Of a stretch of 64,000 nucleotides of DNA, positions 38,543 to 64,000 are shown piece by piece. Each line of letters starts with the position of its first letter. The first letter of the stretch is position 1. Made by a program: the position numbers and the translations under genes. The notes under the pieces are model-generated. The model saw only the letters and a program-made list of their open reading frames with translations. It did not search any database and had not been told where the DNA came from. This DNA comes from Antedon mediterranea. Lineage: Eukaryota; Animalia; Echinodermata. The stretch spans positions 24,549,648-24,613,647 of the forward strand of contig NC_092673.1 in assembly GCF_964355755.1 (NCBI RefSeq). Direction: 5' to 3'.

Positions 38543-40173
38543 AAAAAATGTATATCATCTAGTGATATGATATTGCTTTATGGCCTATTGAATACACATT
38601 TAAAACCATAGTTAATGTACTTCCACAATCCAATCTTTGTCAGCTTTAGTGACAATTGATATTCTAGGATATTGTAGGTTGGATTTGTTGAAGTTGCTTA
38701 AATGTTTTCTTTTTTTGTTTTTGTATGATTTGTGTATGGATTAAAGGAAATGAATAAAGGAGATGAATAAAGGAGATGAATAAATATATTGATTGATTAC
38801 CATTTTAAAGACAAGGGATAAACATTATATTAAAAAATATTACATTAAACTTTAAAATAATAATTCTTTTAAACAGCTGCTAGTGAGGCACAGAAATTGG
38901 ACGCAGAGGTTGCTACGGAACGTGCGATAATGGGTCGTATTTACCAATTGGCTCTCTACCCTAATGCGGATGGTGATACTCATCGAGATCAGTAAGTAAT
39001 TGTATACAATTTTAATTTTAATTGTCAATTTAAAGACTTGAGCTTTGCCTTAATATCTGCTTGAACAGAAGATCAAATATCTAAATATATCTATCAGGAT
39101 TTCATTGTCATTTCTAAACATTATCCATATTTGGTGTGTTTGCCGTATCACACAAAATCATAGTGGGCAAAACTAAAACTGAAGCTGAACAGCGTTTATA
39201 ACATTTCTACATCATTTGACAATCTATCTATATTTATTTGTATTCATTTTGTATAGAGTGCTACATGAACATATTCAGCGGCTTTCAAAGGTAGTAACAG
39301 CTTCTCACAAAGCTTTACAGATTCCAGAGAAATATAGGAGGGAATCCCCCTGGCCAGCAGCACAAGCTGAGATTCTTAACATTAATGTGTACAAAGTAAG
39401 TATATTGCATCCACTTTTAAGCAGTTTGTATAGTTTTGTTGTAGTTGCTTTAATATAATACTTAAAGATGTTTGTCCTCCAAAAACATGAAAAATAAAAA
39501 TTAATAAAATAAATAGGCCATTTTGCAGTTTTAATATTATTCACTTTTATAAAAAAAAAAAAAAATGTTTAATTTTAACCCAAAACCATTGTCTTACAGA
39601 CAATTTAAGTATTTTTTCTTTAAATTTTTTGTCCGGTAAATAATTGGGTTTTTTTTCGGATCCAATTTTTGGTCAAAGTGAATACCTATTATGTGACATT
39701 AAAATGGCATATTGAGGAGACAATTTTTTTAATGATATGCACGTCTAGAAATTGAACACTGCCAGTATGAGTTTGTCTGGACCAATGCATTAATTTTAAG
39801 TATCTAAAATTTCACTATTCAAGCAATCGTCATCAAATCAATCAATCTATCAACAAACTATTTAAATATAACAGATGCTTTAAATCTTTTCTTTCTCCAG
39901 ACACCAAAAGATAAACTACAGTGTGTTTTGCGCTGCTGCTCGATCGTTATGAACCTGCTGAACATGGCAAGCGACAATTCAGTGCCAGGGGCCGACGATT
40001 TTGTACCCGTAATGGTGTTCGTCTTGATCAAAGCTAACCCGCCAAGCCTTCTCTCAACCGTGCAGTACGTCAACAGTTTCTATGATAACAGATTAAGCGG
40101 TGAGGAGATGTATTGGTGGATGCAGTTCTCGGCAGCGATTGAATTTATCAAGACTATCGACGACCGGAAATGA
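19356..40173 (+). CDS. GAPVD1: GTPase-activating protein and VPS9 domain-containing protein 1 (GAPex-5/RME-6), ~1667 aa
   Basis: Exons 19356-20465 (LARHLKQERLYV; RasGAP PRRLLRRGSCAFS, FICPAIVNPE), 22021-22155, 22758-22938 (alt donor 22956), 23642-23814, 24575-24728, 25367-25597, 26436-26699 (ETFSDTWSTDV, SETWSVDVL), 27147-27298, 28975-30048, [30867-30914 optional], 33617-33662 (KPWWK), 34121-34261, 34793-34918 (EDILDKYR), 36136-36499 (DAKRKLR), 36888-37022, 37463-37586, 38148-38214, 38877-38991, 39257-39395, 39901-40173 (VPS9 PGADDFVPV...YWWMQF...EFIKTIDDRK*). 5004 nt in frame without the optional exon. Confidence 0.96.
23068..23265. mobile_element. MITE family H1 interrupted by a short retroposon-tail-like insert
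   Basis: H1 TIRs and core; ~65-bp insert at ~23186-23250 inside the right TIR. Confidence 0.75.
23853..24034. mobile_element. MITE family H1
   Basis: Both TIRs, three internal 20-bp repeats. Confidence 0.9.
24323..24540 (-). mobile_element. tRNA(Gly-like)-derived SINE, family S2
   Basis: Minus strand GGAGCTGTAGTTTGGTGGTTACTGTGCTTGCCTTCCAATCCCAAGGTCCAGGTTCAATCC, unique body, A-rich tail; second copy at 58993-59148. Confidence 0.8.
25189..25335. mobile_element. MITE family H1
   Basis: TAA|AGCTCTGTCCACACTATCAAAC ... ACAGAGCT|TTA. Confidence 0.85.
26107..26253. mobile_element. MITE family H1
   Basis: TAA|AGCTCTGTCTACACTATCAAAC ... GATAGTGTAGACAGAGC. Confidence 0.9.
26736..26886. mobile_element. 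MITE family H1
   Basis: Both TIRs and core repeats. Confidence 0.9.
27890..27958. mobile_element. Internal fragment of MITE family H1
   Basis: TGTGATGTGCCCATATATGGACATGATGATGACATATCACTACCATATTTGGGC without TIRs. Confidence 0.75.
35058..35265. mobile_element. Transposon end with palindromic TTCTATAGAA subterminal repeats
   Basis: About ten degenerate (TT)CTATAG(AA) units ending GTTTTGTAAGGG (CCCTTACAAAAC on minus), resembling CCC-terminated EnSpm/CACTA-class non-autonomous ends; other end not found. Confidence 0.5.
35396..35564. repeat. Two-copy 86-bp tandem repeat
   Basis: GGAGTAGGGCGCCCGCATCAAATTAGAA...GTAGAGTAATTGACT at 35396 and 35482 with ~3 mismatches. Confidence 0.9.
35914..36068. 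mobile_element. MITE family H1
   Basis: Both TIRs and core repeats. Confidence 0.9.
38498..38540. repeat. (TAT)n microsatellite
   Basis: About 14 consecutive TAT units. Confidence 0.95.
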
Positions 40174-40201
40174 ATACAATGTATCTGTATCAAAGTTTTT
40201 T

Positions 40202-40314
40202 GTCCATCCACACTATCAAACTGTATGTGATGTGATGTGATGTGTCCATATATGGACATGATGACATCATATCACTACCATATTTGGGTATATCACTACC
40301 ATATTTAGACACAC
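40202..40314. mobile_element. Truncated MITE family H1 in GAPVD1 3' UTR
   Basis: CACACTATCAAAC and core repeats, ~29 nt after the stop codon. Confidence 0.8.
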
Positions 40315-42454
40315 TCTCTGTAGGTACAGTTAAAAATGGCTTTATTAAGTAACTCTTGATTTGGGATGTATTGGACTTGGCTGTTTTGAGCATATAATAA
40401 GCAGATCTATATCCTCCAGCTCCTCGATGTTTGTATGCGAACATTGGGAGCAGATCACTGCAAGGTGACCAGTCAATTATGTCTTCTTAATTTGTTGCCA
40501 GTCATCATCTGGACCTGCAAACCACCAAGTGTGCACAATGAATAAACATGACCAAACTTTTTCCTAGGTCATTGTGAATCATAAGCTCCTCGTCGTATTT
40601 ACTTAACTTGTCCAGGTGCTCCAATCATTTTCTTTGTCCCAACACTTTTTCTGGCAGTGTAATAAGATGCAAATGGAGATTAGTAAAATAAGATGAAAAG
40701 GTTGAATTTTAGTGCTAGATTAAGTACTAATAAATAACTACTGATTAGTATGACTTTATTGATTGAATTATTTTATTAATTACTTTTGATAAAGGTGTAC
40801 ACAAATGTAAGCAATACTAAAACTTATAAGCAATTTTTGTCATTTAGTACTTTCTCAATTATTTAGACTTAATTTTTTTTTTAAATAAATATTTAAATTA
40901 ATTGATTTAATTATTAATAATTTGATTGATTTCTTGTAGTCAGCAATTAGGAACATTGTTAACTTGTATTTTTAATTTATCAAATTCTAAATGCTTTATG
41001 TAACATTTTTTTTTAAACCTTTTTTTACCGATAAGATGATATTACAAAATTATACTATATTTAATAGAAATGATTTGACTTAGTAGACAGTTTTACTTTC
41101 CTGTGTAATTATCAATTCTGATTTGTAAACACTTGTTTTCATATGTCAATTGCGGTAGATTTATTTGGTATTATTTTTGGGTGATATATTTTTTTTCCAT
41201 TCTCTTCCAACCTCTTTTGCATAACATTTATGCATCGAATAAGAATTAAATATTTTTGAGGTAAAAAAAACGTTATTGCTATAAAATTTAGATACTACAG
41301 TATTGTGTTTGAACTATTTTGAAAATGATTTTTTTTCTCTGACCGTACAAACATTGCCCATCAATTAGATAGATATATTCCCGAGTGGATTATTTCTTTA
41401 TTTGATTTTATGACCTATATTGGTTTGTAGACAATCAAATGTTAACAATACAGATTTTCTCTAAAATAGGTTGTGAATGATGTTTGCACTGTAGGACTTT
41501 TTTTTCTAGAAGTTAGAAGACTGTTATTTGTAAACTTTTTATGAATGTGTTGTAAGCACACGCCTTACAAATACAGAAGTTTAGAATGTGTCCAAAATTT
41601 TTTTTAAAACAAAATGTATTCCTATACATATGCAGCAGCAGAATGAATCATATTGAAAGAATTTTTAGTACAGATTTTACACCTGGCCAGTATGGTAATA
41701 ATGTAAAGATATTCCAATTAATATATGTAAATTAAGTACTTCGAATATATTATTCTGTTAAAGATATATATATATATCCATCTTACACTCCTATTATAAA
41801 AAAGAAATGATAAACTTTTCCCAACAGACATAGAAAATATATTTTTATTATCTTATAATGTAAAATGAATGTTAACATTCATAACATGAATGTTTCATAT
41901 GTTGTGACATTATAATATGTAAATGTTTAGTAGCTTAATGTTATCTGCCTTCATCCCTTCCATACAACAAAAAATGTGATAAACTTGCCCAATTTTGTTT
42001 AACCACACCAGGTTTTACTATCAACAGCTGTTTGATCAGTGAGAGGAAATAATTTCATTTTTTTATTTATGTAATTTGGTGCTGTATATCTAATATTGAG
42101 AATTTAATTACCGTAATAATAGTCAACACTGCCAACATTGTAATAGCTGCCGCCAAAAATAGTAGAGGTAAAACGTGTAGCTTTGTGTATTTTAATACTA
42201 TGTTGGCTCCATATTAGATTACCTGTATGTTTATCCAGTTAATCAAAACTGTTTGTGATCTTTTTAAAAACACCCAATCACAATTTTATTACAAAGAAAT
42301 CAGAAAATCATCATTTTTGGGATATTAATTTTTCTTTTTTTATTTCCATACAGTTTTATTACAGACAGTAGCATAAATATTTAATACACTAGTTTTTAAT
42401 TTGGTAACCCTTTGTTTTATCAACTGTATATTATATTATTTTTAATTATATATT

Positions 42455-42630
42455 ATAGAACACCTCCATATTGAGACACTCCTATTCAGGGGACACTTAT
42501 TCAGGTGACACCTATATTAAGTGACAAAACTTTCCTATTAAACAAACATGGATGAATAGGTTTAAACCCCATTCAAGGGTCACACTTTGTTGAGTCCCAA
42601 AGTTGTCCCCTTATTAGGAGTTCGCCTGGA
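42455..42630. mobile_element. Degraded Tc1/pogo-like MITE
   Basis: Repeated ATTCAGGGGACAC motif and inverse TGTCCCCTTATT; similar relics at ~22425-22520, ~24225-24316, ~49050-49216. Confidence 0.4.
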
Positions 42631-43203
42631 GTTTAATTTGTATTTTGATTTATAAATGTAATGCTATTGGTTAGTCAATTTGAGTTAATTCAATTGGGTT
42701 CTTTTAAGTACTATTTTTAAAATTTAAGAAAAAATTTTTTAAGAAAATACAATTTTTGGATTATATATTCTCTGGAAATATTATGTAATATATTTAGTAT
42801 AATATTTGTTTATCGATGCTGGCGTCAAAAGGCTTTAAAAGTCTTTGCTAGTGACCTGTATTCCACTCAACACAATGCAATAAGGATAATGCACTGTGTT
42901 GTGTAGAATGGAATATACATGCCATAGTTTCAATTAACCAAGAAGGTACATATAAATATTATTTCATGATAATAGAAAAGTGTAAAAATTGTGGTTTATG
43001 TATGCTGTATGATTTTCTTTTCTTGGGTACATTACGTTTATGTATGACTGATTTGTGTTTTAGCCTAGCACCGTTATTTGTATAAATCGTACTCTGTATT
43101 GAAAAAGCTCTTTTTACTGTGTGCAGTATGTTTTGCTGAAAGGCAGTTTCAATCAGTCTTTTAAAATGCTTGTGCTAGATATATTTAATGTGAAATATAT
43201 AGA

Positions 43204-43209
43204 AATAAA
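43204..43209 (+). terminator. Probable distal poly(A) signal of GAPVD1 (~3 kb 3' UTR)
   Basis: AATAAA followed by TGTTT/T-rich downstream sequence, just before the next promoter. Confidence 0.5.
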
Positions 43210-43623
43210 AATTTACAAAAAGTGGAAGAATGTTTAATAATGTTTATTTTTTAGTTTTTAAAGTGTATTAAAAAATGTTATACTTAAACAGGAAACTTTT
43301 TATAGGAAGTTTGGACAGATTTTATAGAGGTGCGGATATGTTATGCAATTGTTTTTTTTATGACACATGCTATACATGCTATCAAAATAAATTTAATTTT
43401 GATTTAAAAGTATAAAAATGACTCAGAATGTTTAATTAATTAATATTATTTATCAAAAACACATTGTATTGAGAACTCATTATGGAGCACAAAGCAAAAT
43501 AATAATGAATTTATTATAATTATAGATTTTAAATTTGTTTTTATTGAACATAAACAAGACAATAATAAAATTGTATTTCACGCCCTCTATTTTCTTGAAT
43601 GATGAACACCCGAGTTGATTGAA

Positions 43624-43664
43624 CGCATGCGCTGCATAGAAAGTTTGTGGTTGCCGAGTGCTAC
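43624..43664 (+). promoter_or_regulatory. STKLD1 proximal promoter: NRF1-like CGCATGCGC and RFX X-box-like GTTGCCGAGTGCTAC
   Basis: Motifs at 43624-43632 and 43650-43664, 20-60 nt upstream of the ATG at 43683. Confidence 0.5.
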
Positions 43665-43682
43665 TAGAGTGCTGCTGACAAG

Positions 43683-62038
<18,356 letters not shown>

Positions 62039-62239
62039 GTATAGATTTAAATTTAAATAAATTAATCATATGATATCATAATTTTTATCATTGGTAGTAA
62101 TTTTTGCAGTACACCGTATGATTCGATAAACAGATAATATCGGCATAGGTTGAAGGATCTTCTTGGCCATAATTCTGGTGGTAGAGCAAATCTTGTCTTA
62201 AAACTGGAGTTACAATAGCTGGCTTGTGGGCACTTTATT

Positions 62240-62512
62240 ATTCTTTATACTGGGTAGCCTCTTCAATAAAAGACTGTTCTCCCAGAGGGCCCAGTGTATA
62301 GTATAGTACTATGATGAGTTTGTGTACAGTGGCTGTGTGTGAACTAGTACACCTTGTCTCTAAAGATGTACTAGGTTCTTTAAAGTGCACATGAACCAGA
62401 TGTAACACAGGACCTACGAATTATAGTCCTTATCCGAGAAGAACCAGAACCATAGAACGAGTGAACCTTGAACCCTTGACGATGTTATGGGTACGTAAAA
62501 CGGTTCCACTGT
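62240..62512 (-). mobile_element. SINE family S1 (tail A, 5'-truncated)
   Basis: Reverse complement of S1 core and tail; plus-strand fragments at ~62135-62195 and ~35713-35775. Confidence 0.85.
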
Positions 62513-64000
62513 GCATCTTTTGAAAGAGCAGGAAGGTTGTTTCGGTGTGCTGGAACATTACATCCCTTGAAAAGGGATGGCTGAAGGAGAAGCTATCTCG
62601 AATCCATTACAGCCAATGACAAGATGACAAGATAATCTTAATAAGTGATTTAAAAAAGTAAAGAATTTCTCATTATTGTAGGCTACAACCATATTCTGCA
62701 GTGATGATGTGTTTATCCATAATGCATCATTGGTTTTATATAAAAACCAAACGTATCACTAGGCATACCTTTTTGCAACTGGTTGCTGAACTTCATTAGT
62801 AAGATTTTATAAGGTATTGACATTATCATTAGTGAATAGGTTGTTGACATGGTTAGCAGTGCACCATATCATCTACAGAAAAGCACACTGACGTACATTG
62901 AATGTAGGCTTTAACAATAGGCTTAGCTCGTAATTTTCTACATTGCGGTGTATTGATTTTATACAGATGAAGAATAAAAAGCTTATTGATTGGCTAGCAA
63001 TAAACCTAAAAACCTACCAATCAAATTGCATGAATTTGTAAAAGTAAGTATTATTATAAAATGTATAACTAAAATAATATATAAATATAAATTCTCTATT
63101 TTCTAGAATCCAATTTAACTAATATTAAAACTAGTACTAGGGGAACACTTACCTGTGAAACTAACTAGGAGATTATGACTAACTCCTTTTTAAGTAACTT
63201 CCCGAAAAGGTCCTTCACAAACACAAATCAAATGCCAATGTTCCATTTTCATGACGCTCCACAAGGCTATGTGCCAATCAATGTGCATGTAGCTGTGTGA
63301 AAATGAAACATTTAATTGGAACAGGTGCGAAAGGTCTTTAAATTATGGGGCACTTTTTTTCTACTATATTCTTAAACAAATTAATAAAGAACTTTTGTTG
63401 AAAACATGCTAAAAAACCAAATGCAAAATGTATGCTTTTAAAAGAGATATTTAAAGTTGCTGCAGAGATATTTACCTCCAAGGAAGAATTGTGTCCAGCC
63501 TGAATACATATGATTAAAATAATTGCAATCAATTTTGCAAAAGTGTATTCAAATCAATAATCATATACAAGGTCTCAATTCCATTTTTATAGGTCTTCAA
63601 TAAGATCTTTCGTTCATAAAAACATGCACAATAAAAATACATGCATTGAACAGCTGAATGAGATACAGTATTTAAATGTTGTTTTTCAATTCCGCAAAAT
63701 ACTGTGCCCTTGGTTTTATATAGTAACCTACCCAAGGTAACTGTAAATTTGTAAAAATAGAAACCCATAAAAGCATATCATAAATGTATGAATCCTATTT
63801 TTATCAATATGCTATTTAATTGTTGTTTAGATTCTTATATAGTTGATTAAATGTTATGTTATTTTTAGAATTTGTGTGGGAGGTATAAAGGCTGTCCATT
63901 AGGGAGAAAATCAGATTGTTATTACAGCAATTTTTAAGATAAATGATTGTCCTTTGGGTTATTGAATTGATAATCCTAATTTTTACTGAGAATTTGCATA

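Noticed and set aside
38378-38611. ORF with a poly-Tyr run
   Set aside because: Translation of an intronic (TAT)n microsatellite
62701-62790. C/D box snoRNA candidate (GTGATGA ... CTGA)
   Set aside because: No terminal stem or recognisable rRNA-complementary guide; such motifs are expected by chance in AT-rich introns

Overview
AT-rich animal genomic DNA with GT-AG introns. It looks like an invertebrate deuterostome, possibly an echinoderm or crinoid; that is inference from gene and repeat content. Three multi-exon genes lie head-to-tail on the + strand. (1) About 4258-11183: an ~870-aa type I receptor with divergent Ig-like, EGF and four Ig domains, a TM helix and a TIR domain, with IL-1R-like intron positions and an ambiguous, partly duplicated 5' end. 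(2) 19356-40173: a complete GAPVD1/RME-6 orthologue (RasGAP + VPS9, ~1667 aa). (3) 43683 to beyond 62038: an STKLD1/SgK071 orthologue (kinase + ARM-like repeats) that runs off the window and, unlike the mammalian pseudokinase, keeps all canonical catalytic motifs. Non-coding DNA holds Harbinger-type MITEs, Deu/Nin-domain tRNA SINEs, a 5S-headed SINE-like relic, a Helentron-type HINE, a Kolobok-like element and LINE fragments. Two unexplained patterns stand out: one MITE family sits almost only next to coding exons, and short TA-flanked insertions (GGCCTA and variants) that resemble transposon excision footprints pile up at a promoter. Exon models were spliced by eye and counts are manual; no database searches were run.
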